The notes: generated from the sequence alone by a model not told the origin. 64,000 nucleotides of DNA from Candidatus Krumholzibacteriia bacterium (GCA_035447065.1 DAOTGJ010000001.1:79694-143693); one strand, 5' to 3'. Positions 47,501 to 57,154 are shown, counted from the first letter of the stretch. Made by a program: numbers and translations.

Positions 47501-48304
47501 CTATTGCTCGTCGTCCTCGTAGAACGACTCCAGGAACGTGCGCACCGCGGCGTTGAACGCCTCCGGCTGCTCCAGGTTGGGCAGGTGGCCGGCGCCGGGG
47601 ATGACCACGAGCTGCGCGTCGGGCAGGCGGGAGGCCGTGAGCTCGGCCTCGGCCACCGGAATGAGCCGGTCCTCGGCGCCGTGGATCACCAGGGCCGGCA
47701 CGTCGAAGCCGGGCAGGTCGTCCACGGAGTCCGGGCGGTCGCGCATGGCCGCCAACGCCCCCACCATGCCGTCCAGCGTGGTCTCCAGCATCATGGCGCG
47801 CACGAAGTCCACGAGCTCGGGCTGGGCCTCCAGATTGGCCGGCGCGAAGAGCTTGGGCAGCATGCCCTCCACCACGGCCGCCACGCCGTCGGTGCGCGCC
47901 GTCTGCGCGGCCTGGTCGCGGCCGGCGCGGCCCTCGGCCGAGTCGGCGCCCGCCCGGGTGGCCGCCAGGATCAGGCCGGCCACGCGCTCGGGGTGGCGGC
48001 GGCCGATCTCCAACGCCACGTAGCCGCCCATGGACAGCCCGCCCACCACCACGGGGCCGGTCACGCCCGCGTGGTCCAGGACGCGGATGCAGTCGTCGGC
48101 GTACTGCGCCACCGTGCAGGGCGGGGGCGTGGGGGCGGTGCGCCCGTGGCCGCGCAGGTCCGGCGCGATCTGGCGGGCGATGTCGGCCAGCTCCACGGAT
48201 TGGATCCCCCACAGCAGGGAGCTCAGAGGATAGCCGTGGATCCACAGCACGGGGACCCGGTCGGCGCTGTCGTCGTAGGCGAGCAGGGGAGCGTCGGCGG
48301 TCAT
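47501..48304 (-). CDS. Alpha/beta-fold hydrolase
   Basis: ORF 47501..48376. The ATG at 48304 (MTADAPLLAY) follows GAGGAGG. Motifs are VLWIHGYPLSS, the nucleophile elbow GLSMGG, and C-terminal GAGHLPNLEQP. Confidence 0.85.
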   Translation of the reverse strand: MTADAPLLAYDDSADRVPVLWIHGYPLSSLLWGIQSVELADIARQIAPDLRGHGRTAPTPPPCTVAQYADDCIRVLDHAGVTGPVVVGGLSMGGYVALEIGRRHPERVAGLILAATRAGADSAEGRAGRDQAAQTARTDGVAAVVEGMLPKLFAPANLEAQPELVDFVRAMMLETTLDGMVGALAAMRDRPDSVDDLPGFDVPALVIHGAEDRLIPVAEAELTASRLPDAQLVVIPGAGHLPNLEQPEAFNAAVRTFLESFYEDDEQ

Positions 48305-48325
48305 GGCGTCCTCCTCGGGAGGGGG

Positions 48326-48364
48326 GAGAAGAAACGGCCCCGCTCTGCGGGAGAGCGGGGCCGT
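48326..48364 (-). terminator. Rho-independent terminator of the RRM-protein gene
   Basis: Perfect 13-bp stem ACGGCCCCGCTCT (48334-48346) / AGAGCGGGGCCGT (48352-48364) with a 5-nt loop. On the minus strand it is followed by TTTCTTCT. Confidence 0.7.
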
Positions 48365-48406
48365 CCGGAATCTCATGCGTCGGGCCCGGGGGCCCGGCGG
48401 CTGGAC

Positions 48407-48679
48407 TTACCAGCGAGGTCCGTTGCTGCGGGGCTCGCGCGGGCGCGCCTCGTTCACGTTCAGGGCGCGGCCGTCGATTTCCTTGCCGTTCATGGCGTCG
48501 ATGGCCTTCATGGCGGCCGCGTCATCGGACATCTCCACGAAGCCGAAGCCCTTGGAGCGGTTGGTGTCGCGGTCCATGATGACCTTGGCGCTCACCACCT
48601 CGCCGAACTCGGCGAAGAGGTTGTTCAGGCCGTGGTCGTCGGTGCGATAGTTCAGGTTCCCCACATAGATCTTCTTCAA
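48407..48679 (-). CDS. RNA-binding protein with a single RRM domain (Rbp-type)
   Basis: This is the C-terminal part of the 48407..48934 ORF. The real start is the TTG at 48679, preceded by AAGGAAG (7-nt spacer), giving (M)KKIYVGNLNY (RNP-2). RNP-1 is KGFGFVEM. The product is 90 aa. Confidence 0.85.
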   Translation of the reverse strand: MKKIYVGNLNYRTDDHGLNNLFAEFGEVVSAKVIMDRDTNRSKGFGFVEMSDDAAAMKAIDAMNGKEIDGRALNVNEARPREPRSNGPRW

Positions 48680-48783
48680 GAAACACTTCCTTGGAGCGGG
48701 TGAGCCATCCCCGGTGCCATGATCGGCAGAAAGGACGCCGTCACCAGAAAATGGCCCGGCATGGTTGCCGAGCCATGAGGGAA

Positions 48784-48811
48784 AAGATAGCACATTCCGA
48801 CGATTCCGCAA
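48784..48811 (-). promoter_or_regulatory. Candidate sigma70 promoter of the RRM-protein gene
   Basis: On the minus strand TTGCGG-N16-TATCTT (plus-strand CCGCAA 48806-48811 and AAGATA 48784-48789). This would give a leader of about 100 nt. Confidence 0.3.
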
Positions 48812-48825
48812 GGAGGAAAGGCGGG

Positions 48826-49932
48826 TCAGAGCGTGATCACGGCATCCGCGTGGCAGGCGTGGATGGCCAGGATCTCCACGCGGCTGTCGGCGAAGGCGTC
48901 GTAGACCGCGGGGTCGAAATGATGCCCCCGGCACTGGGCCATGGTGTCCAGGGCCTCGTCTAGGACCACCGCGTCGCGGTAGACGCGGTCCGAGGTGAGG
49001 GCGTCGAAGACGTCGGCCACGGCCACGATGCGCGCCTCCAGCGGGATGTCCTCTCCGGCCAGGCCGTGGGGGTAGCCGGAGCCGTCCCAGCGTTCGTGGT
49101 GGCAGAGGGCGATGTTGCTCGCCATGCGCAGGAAGGGGTTCTCCGCCGCGTCGGTGCCCAGACCGCTCAGGGGCAGGAGGCTGGGCGTGGTGCGCGTGAG
49201 GATGTCGTGGCCCTGGCCGCAGTGCCGCTCGATGATCCGGCGCTCGTCGGGGGTGAGCAGCCCGGGTTTGTTGAGCACGGCGTCGGGCACGGCGATCTTG
49301 CCCACGTCGTGGAGCAGGGCCGCGTGCTGCAGCAGGTTGAGGATGGGCTCGCCCAGACCCAGGGCGGCCCCGACGGCGCGGCTGTAGAGCCCCACGCGCA
49401 GCACGTGCTGGCCCGTGTCGTTGTCGCGGGCCTCGGCGGCGTGGGCCAGGCGCCAGATCAGCTCCAGGTTGGCCTCGCGGAGCTGGGCCGTGCGGGCCTC
49501 CACCATGCGCTCCAGCGCCGCGTTCTGCGCCTTCATGGCGTCCTGGTAGGCCTTGAGGCGCAGCATGTTGTCCATGCGGGCCACCAGTTCGTCGGGGTCG
49601 GCGGGCTTGTCGAGGAAGTCGGTGGCGCCCAGCTCCAGGCAGCGCCGCTTCAGGTCCGGCGTGGCCAGGCCCGTGAGGACCACCACGGGCAGGTCGGCGG
49701 TGTCGGGACGGGCGCGCAGGGAGCGCAGGAGGTCCAGACCGTCGCGGCCGGGCATGGTGATGTCGGTGATCACGGCATCGGCGGCGGCGACGTCCAGCAG
49801 GGCCTCGGCGGCGTCGGGGCCCTCGGCCTCCAGCACGCCCCAGTCGCGGCGCCGGCGCCGCAGCACCGTGCGCAGTCCGGCCCGCACGTGGGGCTCGTCG
49901 TCCACCAGCAGGATCACGGGCATGGCGCTCAT
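48826..49932 (-). CDS. Response regulator: REC + intact HD-GYP domain (c-di-GMP phosphodiesterase, RpfG-like)
   Basis: This is the C-terminal part of the 48826..51114 ORF. The ATG at 49932 overlaps the upstream stop (ATGA). The REC domain has LLVDDE...ITDITMPGRDG...DFLDKP. The output domain has HAALLHDVGKIAVP, CHHERWDGSGYPHGL and AVADVFDALTSDRVYR. Confidence 0.9.
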   Translation of the reverse strand: MSAMPVILLVDDEPHVRAGLRTVLRRRRRDWGVLEAEGPDAAEALLDVAAADAVITDITMPGRDGLDLLRSLRARPDTADLPVVVLTGLATPDLKRRCLELGATDFLDKPADPDELVARMDNMLRLKAYQDAMKAQNAALERMVEARTAQLREANLELIWRLAHAAEARDNDTGQHVLRVGLYSRAVGAALGLGEPILNLLQHAALLHDVGKIAVPDAVLNKPGLLTPDERRIIERHCGQGHDILTRTTPSLLPLSGLGTDAAENPFLRMASNIALCHHERWDGSGYPHGLAGEDIPLEARIVAVADVFDALTSDRVYRDAVVLDEALDTMAQCRGHHFDPAVYDAFADSRVEILAIHACHADAVITL

Positions 49933-51104
49933 CGGTCGCCTCCCGCGGTCGCCGGCTCCGGCTGCTCCGCCTCCTGCTCCACCCGCACCAGCACCTTGAG
50001 CATGCCGGGCACCAGATCCTTGGCGAAGTTCCGGGCCTTCTGCAGGAAGCCGGGCGTGACCACGAACCCGCGGGCCACCAGCAGGGCGCCGGTCTTGGTG
50101 CGCACGTCCTCGATGAAGACCATGCCCTGACGCACCTGGGCCAGGGTCACCTCGCGCACCTCGCGGCGGCGGCCGGCGTCGCCCAGGAGGTCCGTGAACG
50201 CGGCCAGCACCACGGGGTCGTACTCGCCCTCGCGGTTGCGCAGGGTGTCCAGGGCCAGCGACGGCGCCATGCCCGAGGATTCCAGGTCGTCGAAATCGCA
50301 CACGGCGCGGAGGATGCGCGAGCCCAGGGGGATCTCGCGTCTCTCCATGCGGGAGGCCGGCGTATGCTGGTCGCGCAGGATCGCGCGGACGCCGTCCAGG
50401 CGGGGGATGTGGCCCAGCAGCGATTCGGTCACCTCGGGCAGCTTGGCCACCATGGCCTGCTCCGGCTCGCTGAGGGCCTCGCCGCGGAAGTAGCGCTCGG
50501 TGGTCTCCTCGGGGAGGGACACCGCGCCCACCAGGGCCAGCATGGCGGCCACCTCCACCTCCCAGGCCTTCGGCATGGCCAGGATCCCGGCCAGCCGGGC
50601 GCAATGGTCGCGCAACCGGCTGCCGCGGCCGAAGGCCATGGGGCTGGTCATGGCGAGCACGTCGGTCAGCATGGCGATGCTGCCGCGCAGCGTCTGCTCC
50701 AGCAGCACCTTCTCGGCAACCACCAGATCGTGCTGCTCCACCGCCGCGGCGAAGGAGTCCAGGATCTGGTCGGGCGGGCAGGGCTTGGTGAGGAAGCGGA
50801 AGATGCGGCCCTCGTTCACCGCCGCCACCGTCGACGGGATGTCGGCGTGGCCGGTCAGCAGCATGCGCGTGGCGTCGGGCGAATGGGCGCGCACGCGGGA
50901 GAGGAATTCGGCGCCGTCCATGCCGGGCATGCGCATGTCGGAGAGGACCACCGCGAAGGGGCCTTCTGCGTTCAGGACGGACAGTCCTTCGGCGCCGTTG
51001 GTTGCGGTGCGCACCTCGTAGCGGCGGCGCAGGTGGAGGGTGAGGCCGTCGAGCACCAGAGGCTCGTCGTCCACGCAGAGGATCTTGATCCGTCGCTCGT
51101 CCAT
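49929..51104 (-). CDS. Response regulator: REC + degenerate HD-GYP-like domain
   Basis: 391-aa ORF. The REC domain has ILCVDDE...LSDMRMPGMDG...FLTKP. The output domain is collinear with HD-GYP but lacks the catalytic residues: LALVGAVSLP sits in place of LHDxGK, RDQHTPASRME in place of HHERWDGSGYP, and IPLGSRILRAVCDFDDL is retained. Confidence 0.85.
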   Translation of the reverse strand: MDERRIKILCVDDEPLVLDGLTLHLRRRYEVRTATNGAEGLSVLNAEGPFAVVLSDMRMPGMDGAEFLSRVRAHSPDATRMLLTGHADIPSTVAAVNEGRIFRFLTKPCPPDQILDSFAAAVEQHDLVVAEKVLLEQTLRGSIAMLTDVLAMTSPMAFGRGSRLRDHCARLAGILAMPKAWEVEVAAMLALVGAVSLPEETTERYFRGEALSEPEQAMVAKLPEVTESLLGHIPRLDGVRAILRDQHTPASRMERREIPLGSRILRAVCDFDDLESSGMAPSLALDTLRNREGEYDPVVLAAFTDLLGDAGRRREVREVTLAQVRQGMVFIEDVRTKTGALLVARGFVVTPGFLQKARNFAKDLVPGMLKVLVRVEQEAEQPEPATAGGDR

Positions 51105-51150
51105 CTTGCTCCATCCTTCCGACCCTTGTCCGACGCCGATCCCCGCGGGA

Positions 51151-52311
51151 TCAGACGGCGGCGGGTTCCATCTGGTCGATCCGTTCCCGCCATGCTGGGA
51201 GCCGCCCCAGGCAGCCGATGCGTTCCAGGTACTCCAGGTCCAGGTCGACTTCGCGGCCGCGCATGATCCGGTCCGTCACGTGGACGGCGGTCAGCAGCGT
51301 CGGCGAGGTCCCGGCTGTATGGGACGGGTCGTGGTGGTGAGCGGCCGCGTCCACCAGCGGCGCGGGCAGGCCCCAGAGGCCCAGGAGATAGCCGCCGATC
51401 CGGGCGTGGGTGATGCCAAGCAGCTCCCGCTCCACCTCGTGAGGCTGCCGTCCGTCCCGGTCGGCCAGCCTCTGGATCTCCCGCTCCTCCTCCGGCATCA
51501 CCGCGGCCAGGACGATGCGTCCCACGTCGTGCAGCAGGGCGGCGGTGTGGACCTCGGCGGGGGGGAGGATGTCCGCGAAGCAGGTGGCGGCCCGGTCGGC
51601 CACGCGCACGGCGTGTTCGCGCAGCGCCTCCAGGTGCGAGGGCTCGGCGTCGGGCATCTCCGTCATGGCGGTGGCCTGCGCGAGACGGCGGATCCGCTCC
51701 AGCCCCAGGTGGCAGACGGCGTCCTCCAGGGAGACGATGGGCCGGGCGCTGTACACGAAGCCGGAGTTGACCGCCTGCAGGATCTTCACGGCCACCGCGG
51801 GATCGCGGCTGACGATGCGCATGACGCGGCCCAGGGTGGTGTCCTCGCGCTCCAGTGCCGCGCTCAGGAGCCGGACCGTGGCCGTCGCGGAAGGCAGATG
51901 CTCGATCCCGCTCACGAGGCGGCGGATCGGTGCGTGGGCCACCAGCGAACGCAGGTCGCAGATGCGGTCGATGACCTTCTCCAGGACCTCGGGCGAGCAG
52001 GGCTTGGTGAGGAACTGGTGGGCCACGGGCACGGACTGGAGCAGCCGCTCCTGCTCGGCGTAGCCGGAGAGGACGATGCGGATCGCCTCGGGGTGGCGCG
52101 CCCGGACCTGGGTGAGCAGGGCCACCCCGTCCATGACCGGCATGCGCATGTCGGAGACGATCACGTCGCAGGGGCCCGCCTCCAGCCGCTCCAGCGCCTC
52201 GCGGCCGCTCGCGACGAAGGTCATCTCCCAGGTGCGCCGCTTGCGCCGCAGGCGGTCGCGCAGCCCGTCCAGGATCTGCTGCTCGTCGTCAACGAACAGG
52301 ATGCGCCGCAT
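51151..52311 (-). CDS. Response regulator: REC + HDOD domain
   Basis: 386-aa ORF. The REC domain has ILFVDDE...VSDMRMPVMDG...FLTKP. The HDOD domain has LPSATATVRLLSAALE...IVSRDPAVAVKILQAVNSGF...LEDAVCHLGLERI...ALLHDVGRIVL. Confidence 0.9.
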   Translation of the reverse strand: MRRILFVDDEQQILDGLRDRLRRKRRTWEMTFVASGREALERLEAGPCDVIVSDMRMPVMDGVALLTQVRARHPEAIRIVLSGYAEQERLLQSVPVAHQFLTKPCSPEVLEKVIDRICDLRSLVAHAPIRRLVSGIEHLPSATATVRLLSAALEREDTTLGRVMRIVSRDPAVAVKILQAVNSGFVYSARPIVSLEDAVCHLGLERIRRLAQATAMTEMPDAEPSHLEALREHAVRVADRAATCFADILPPAEVHTAALLHDVGRIVLAAVMPEEEREIQRLADRDGRQPHEVERELLGITHARIGGYLLGLWGLPAPLVDAAAHHHDPSHTAGTSPTLLTAVHVTDRIMRGREVDLDLEYLERIGCLGRLPAWRERIDQMEPAAV

Positions 52312-55300
52312 CGGCGGTCACCTCCTCGCGTGTCGCCGTGGGCAGACCGCCGATGGGGATCCGGATGGTGAATGTGGTGCCGCCGTCCCTCCCGCAGCGG
52401 AAGTCGATGGCGCCGCCGTGCTTGTCGGTGATGATGGAGTGGGCGATGGCCAGACCCTGGCCGCTGCCGCGTCCCACCTCCTTGGTGGTGAAGAAGGGCT
52501 CGAAGATCCGCGAACGCACCTCCGGCGGCACGCCCGGGCCGGTGTCCTCGATCTCGATGACGGCCCACTCGGCCTCGGCCCGCGTCCGCACGCGGATGAC
52601 GCCCTTGGCGCCGCTGTCGCCCACCGCGTCCTCGATGGCGTGGGCGGCGTTCACCAGCAGGTTCAGGAACACCTGGTTGAGGTCGCCGACCTGGCAGCGC
52701 ACCGGCGGCAGCGGCCCGAAATCCGTCTCCACGTCGGCCACGTACTTGTATTCGTTCGTGGCGATGGTCAGCGTCGCCTTCAGGGCCTCGTTGAGATCGG
52801 CGTGGGCCTGCTCGTGCTGGCCGGGGTGCGAGAACTCCTTCATGGCGCCCACGATGCCCGCGATGCGGGTCAGCCCGTCCAGGCTGCGGTCCAGGGAGCG
52901 GGGCACGTTCTCGGTGAGGTAGGCCAGGTCGGCGTCGTCCTCGGCAACGGCTGCCCGCGCCAGCGCTTCGGCCCGGTCCGGACCCTCGGGCAGATCCGAC
53001 AGGATCCCACGGTACCTGGCGATGATGTCCATCTGATCCGCGAAGGCGTCGCGCAGGAAGTAGACGCTGTCGCTCACGAACTGAGTGGGCGTGTTGATCT
53101 CGTGGGCGATGCCGGCGGCCAGCTGGCCCACGGCCTCCAGCTTCAGCGCCTGCGCGAGCTGCCGCTCCAGGGCGCGGCTCTCGGTCAGGTCGAAAAGCGA
53201 GAGCAGCACGTGGCGCGCGCCGCTCATCTGCACCGCCGAGGCGCTGATGGAGAAGTGGTAGGTCCGCACCGAGTGGTCCACGAGCACCTGCAGGCTGCTC
53301 TCCCGGTTACGCACGGCCGCGCCGGTCTCCAGCACCTCGCCGATGGTCGCACGGATCTCGCAGCGGCCGCAGTACGGGGAATTGCCGCAGCCCTGGGCGT
53401 TGGAGACGGCGTTCAGACAGCTCATGAGGTTGCCGGGCGACTTGTTCTGCAGCCCCATGATCTCGGGACCCAGCAGCTCGGCCATGACCCCATTGATCTT
53501 GACCACCTGCAGGGAGTCGTCGATGAGCAGCATGCCGACCTGCGCCGCGTCGAAGATGGCCTGCAGATTGGTGCGCTCCTGCTCCAGCTCCGAGCGTTGG
53601 CGCAGGAGCTTGCGCTCGGCCAGGTGGCGTTCCACGGCGCCGGTGAGCATGGAGGTGATGCCGTTGATGAGCTCGCGCTCCTCCGTGCAGAAGGGCCCCT
53701 CGTCCATCTCCGGCCGCTCGTCCAGGTAGTAGACCTCCACGGCGCCGCGCACCACGTCGTCGATCACGATGTCGGCGGCCAGCCGCCACGGCGTGGGCTC
53801 GAACGGCGCCGACGTCTGGACCATGCCGTCCAGGGTGATCCGGCTCCGCGCGCTGCCGGGATAGGTCCAGGCCGAGGGCATGAGCAGGGCCGTGCGGTGC
53901 AGCAGGCTCTCCAGATCCGGGCTGACGGTGATGACCTCGGCCACGCCGATCAGGCCCTGCAGCACCTTCACGCTCTCCTCGGTGCTCTGCAGCAGGATCT
54001 CCCGCTCCAGCTCCATCTGCTTGCGCCGGGTGATGTCCAGATGGGTCCCGCAGGCGCGCACCGGCTTGCCGTCGGCGTCGCGTTCGGTCACGCGGCCGCG
54101 GTCCAGGATCCAGATCCACAGCCCCGACTTGTGGCGCATGCGGTGCTCGGACTCGTAGGTCTCGGTCTTCCCCTCCAGATGGGCGCGCAGCAGATTCATG
54201 GTGGGGCGCAGGTCCTCGGGATGGACCAGGCGCTTCCAGGTCTCCAGCCGCGATTCGATCTCGCCCAGCCGGTAGCCCAGGATCTCCGCCCAGCGGGCGT
54301 TGTACTTGACCTCGTTGGTGCGCAGATCCCAGTCCCAGAGACCCAGGTCCGCGCCTTCGAGAACCATCTGCAGCTGCTCGCGGCTGTCCAGCAGCTCCTG
54401 TTCCACGTGGCTGCGCTGGGTGATGTCGATGGCGAGGGCGGCGAAGGTGGGGTGCTCGCCGCGGGACAGACGCAGGTGGAGCTCCACGGGATAGCGGGAG
54501 CCGTCGCCGCGGGCGAAGTCCACCACCGTGACCACCTTGTCCCGTTCGCCCGTGCGCAGGGGCGCCGCCAGGGTCTCGAACGTCTCGCGGCTGAGGCTGG
54601 GGACCAGGTCCAGGAAGGAGCGGGCTTCCTGCGCATCCCAGTCCAGGCCCAGGTTGCGCAGCGCCGGTCCGTTCATCTCGAGCAGCCGGCAGGTCTCCGC
54701 GTCGAAGAACAGGTTCTCGATGTGGGTGCCCTCGATCAGGCGGTTGAAGCGGTCCCAGCGCTCCTGCAGACGCCGCCGGTCGGTCACGTCCTCGAAGGCT
54801 TCGATGCCGCCCACCACCACCCCGTCGGCGTCGCGGATCACGTCGATGTTCTTCACGATGGTCCGGCGCTCGCCGTCCTTGCGCACGATGGAGCACTCGA
54901 TGCCGGTCACGGGCTTGTCCGCGGCCCCGTCGAAGAGCAGGCAGCGTCCGCCGCAGGGCGCGGCGGCCAGGCTCTCGCAGGAGCGGCCCAGCACCTCGTC
55001 GGCGCGGTAGCCGGTGATCTGCTCGCTGGCGCGGTTCCAGGTGAGGATGCGGCGCTGCGTGTCCACGGTGAAGATGGCGTCGGGCGCGGTCTCCGCCACC
55101 AGCTCGGCGCGGCGACGCGCCAGCTCCGTCTCGGCCAGGGTGTCGTCCACGAGGGCGCGGGTGCGGCGGAGGGCGCGGAACATGACGAAGAGCAGCAGGG
55201 AGAGCAGGACGAGAAGGAGGTAGAAGGCCGGACCGGGCTCCGACGGCAGCCAGGGCGGCGGCGAGACGCCGGAGCTCGCGGCGATGGTCCGGATCGCCCG

Positions 55301-55423
55301 CGGCACCAGACCCGACGCCCCCAGCACAAGCGCCATGACCACCAGGGCCAGGGACTGCACCCTGCCGTAGGCGCGGCGGAGGTTCCGCAGGCTGGCGCGG
55401 GTGTCGGAACGGATCACTGGCAT
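52289..55423 (-). CDS. Membrane-anchored multi-PAS / GAF-like sensor histidine kinase
   Basis: ORF 52289..55720. I prefer the ATG at 55423 (MPVIRSDTRASL), just before two TM segments. It has several PAS units (PDAIFTVDTQRRILTWNRASEQITGY; LGLWDWDLRTNEVKYNARWAEILGY; LQAIFDAAQVGMLLID). The HisKA H-box is AAGIAHEINTP. The HATPase blocks are NLLVNAAHA, DTGPGVP and GSGQGLA. Its 3' end overlaps the REC-HDOD start by 23 nt. Confidence 0.9.
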   Translation of the reverse strand: MPVIRSDTRASLRNLRRAYGRVQSLALVVMALVLGASGLVPRAIRTIAASSGVSPPPWLPSEPGPAFYLLLVLLSLLLFVMFRALRRTRALVDDTLAETELARRRAELVAETAPDAIFTVDTQRRILTWNRASEQITGYRADEVLGRSCESLAAAPCGGRCLLFDGAADKPVTGIECSIVRKDGERRTIVKNIDVIRDADGVVVGGIEAFEDVTDRRRLQERWDRFNRLIEGTHIENLFFDAETCRLLEMNGPALRNLGLDWDAQEARSFLDLVPSLSRETFETLAAPLRTGERDKVVTVVDFARGDGSRYPVELHLRLSRGEHPTFAALAIDITQRSHVEQELLDSREQLQMVLEGADLGLWDWDLRTNEVKYNARWAEILGYRLGEIESRLETWKRLVHPEDLRPTMNLLRAHLEGKTETYESEHRMRHKSGLWIWILDRGRVTERDADGKPVRACGTHLDITRRKQMELEREILLQSTEESVKVLQGLIGVAEVITVSPDLESLLHRTALLMPSAWTYPGSARSRITLDGMVQTSAPFEPTPWRLAADIVIDDVVRGAVEVYYLDERPEMDEGPFCTEERELINGITSMLTGAVERHLAERKLLRQRSELEQERTNLQAIFDAAQVGMLLIDDSLQVVKINGVMAELLGPEIMGLQNKSPGNLMSCLNAVSNAQGCGNSPYCGRCEIRATIGEVLETGAAVRNRESSLQVLVDHSVRTYHFSISASAVQMSGARHVLLSLFDLTESRALERQLAQALKLEAVGQLAAGIAHEINTPTQFVSDSVYFLRDAFADQMDIIARYRGILSDLPEGPDRAEALARAAVAEDDADLAYLTENVPRSLDRSLDGLTRIAGIVGAMKEFSHPGQHEQAHADLNEALKATLTIATNEYKYVADVETDFGPLPPVRCQVGDLNQVFLNLLVNAAHAIEDAVGDSGAKGVIRVRTRAEAEWAVIEIEDTGPGVPPEVRSRIFEPFFTTKEVGRGSGQGLAIAHSIITDKHGGAIDFRCGRDGGTTFTIRIPIGGLPTATREEVTADAAHPVR

Positions 55424-55637
55424 CCCCCCATCGGGTCGCGTCGGGCGAGGCGACTGGTCTTTCGTGCTGTTTCGGCACGGATGGCGCAAAACTTGAGGTC
55501 GGAAAGGCGTTTTCGACGCCTTGCGGCCCATTCGGACCGAGTATAGATTGGGCGCCGACCCGGCTGGACCGGCCGGAAAACCCCGCGAACGCCGCGTCAG
55601 ACAGAGGTGGAATCCACTCCGGAGGAGGAGCATTACC

Positions 55638-56228
55638 ATGTCCCAGTTCATCGGACAGCAGGCCCCCGACTTCACCGCGACCGCCGTCATGCCCGACGGC
55701 TCGTTCAACGAGAACTTCAAGCTGAGCGACTACCGCGGCAAGTACGTGGTCCTGTTCTTCTACCCGCTGGACTTCACCTTCGTCTGCCCGAGCGAGATCA
55801 TCGAGTTCAGCAAGAAGATCGGCGAGTTCCAGGGCCGCGAAACCCAGGTGATCGGCGTGTCCGTGGACAGCCAGTTCAGCCACTGGGCCTGGCGGAACAC
55901 CCCCGTCAACGAGGGCGGCATCGGCGAGATCAAGTACCCGCTGGTGGCCGACATCACCAAGACGATCAGCCGCGACTACGGCGTGCTCCTGGACGACAGC
56001 GTGGCCCTGCGCGGCACCTTCCTGATCGACAAGGACGGCGTGATCCAGCACATGGTGGTGAACAACCTGCCCCTGGGCCGCAACATCGACGAGGCCGTGC
56101 GCATGGTGGACGCCCTGCAGCACGTGGAGAAGTACGGCGAGGTCTGCCCCGCCGGCTGGAACAAGGGCGACGAGGCCATGACCCCCAACGCCGACGGCGT
56201 GGCCAAGTACCTGAGCGACCACGCCTAG
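55638..56228 (+). CDS. ahpC: Typical 2-Cys peroxiredoxin (AhpC/Tsa family)
   Basis: ORF 55521..56228. The ATG at 55638 follows GGAGGAGGAG. The peroxidatic Cys is in FTFVCPSE and the resolving Cys in EVCPAGW. Confidence 0.93.
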   Translation: MSQFIGQQAPDFTATAVMPDGSFNENFKLSDYRGKYVVLFFYPLDFTFVCPSEIIEFSKKIGEFQGRETQVIGVSVDSQFSHWAWRNTPVNEGGIGEIKYPLVADITKTISRDYGVLLDDSVALRGTFLIDKDGVIQHMVVNNLPLGRNIDEAVRMVDALQHVEKYGEVCPAGWNKGDEAMTPNADGVAKYLSDHA

Positions 56229-56230
56229 AC

Positions 56231-57154
56231 GTGTCCGCAGCCAGGTTCGACATCGACCGGGCCGGGAGCACGCCTCCCGGCCCGGCGCCGTTTCCACGGC
56301 GGGCGGTGCTGATCTTCGTGGACGGTCTGGGCGTGGGCTCCGGCGGCCCGGAAGACGCCACCGCCTCCTACGGCGGCGACCTGCTCCACTTCGCCCGCAG
56401 CCCCGGCGCCAAGCGCGCCGTGGACGCCGCGCTGGGCGTGCCGGGCATCCCCCAGAGCGCCACCGGGCAGACGTCGCTGTTCACCGGCCGCAACGCCCAG
56501 GCGGCCCTGGGCCACCACGCCACCGGCTTTCCCGGGCCCACGCTGCGCGCCATCCTCAAGGAGCACTCGGTGCTGCGCACGCTCAACGAGCGGGGACGCG
56601 ACGCCATGTTCCTCAACGCCTTCCGCCCTCCGTTCTGGGAGCTGACGGAGGAGCAGCAGTGGCGCCTGTCCGCCTCCACGGTGGCCCATCTGGCCTGCGG
56701 GCGCCCCTTCTGCGACCTGGACGACCTGCGCGCCGGCCGCGCCGTGTACCAGGACCTGACCAGCGCCGACCTGCGCGCCCGCGGTTTCGACGTGCCCCTG
56801 CGGGAGCCGGCGGAGGCGGGGGAGATCCTGGGGCGGGCCTCGGCCGCCCGCGACTTCACCCTCTTCGAGTACTTCCAGACCGACAAGGCCGGCCACACCC
56901 AGGACCCGGACCTCTGCCGCGCCCGGCTGCGCGATCTGGACGCCTTCGTGTCCGCGCACCTGGCCGCCGCCGCGCCGGACACGCTGACGCTGCTGACCAG
57001 CGACCACGGCAACATCGAGGACCTCTCCACCCGTTCGCACACCACCAACCCCGTGCCGTTGCTGGCGTGGGGGCCGGGGGCGGAGACTGCGGTGGCCCGC
57101 ATCGGCGCCATCGATCAGGTGGTCCCGCACGTCCTGGATGTTTTGACGGTCTGA
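56231..57154 (+). CDS. Alkaline-phosphatase-superfamily metalloenzyme (cofactor-independent phosphoglycerate mutase / phosphopentomutase-like)
   Basis: This lies within the 55607..57154 ORF. The GTG at 56231 is 2 nt after the ahpC stop. Motifs are VLIFVDGLGVG, PQSATGQTSLFTG, QTDKAGH, LTSDHGNIED and HTTNPVPLLAWG. Confidence 0.75.
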   Translation: MSAARFDIDRAGSTPPGPAPFPRRAVLIFVDGLGVGSGGPEDATASYGGDLLHFARSPGAKRAVDAALGVPGIPQSATGQTSLFTGRNAQAALGHHATGFPGPTLRAILKEHSVLRTLNERGRDAMFLNAFRPPFWELTEEQQWRLSASTVAHLACGRPFCDLDDLRAGRAVYQDLTSADLRARGFDVPLREPAEAGEILGRASAARDFTLFEYFQTDKAGHTQDPDLCRARLRDLDAFVSAHLAAAAPDTLTLLTSDHGNIEDLSTRSHTTNPVPLLAWGPGAETAVARIGAIDQVVPHVLDVLTV

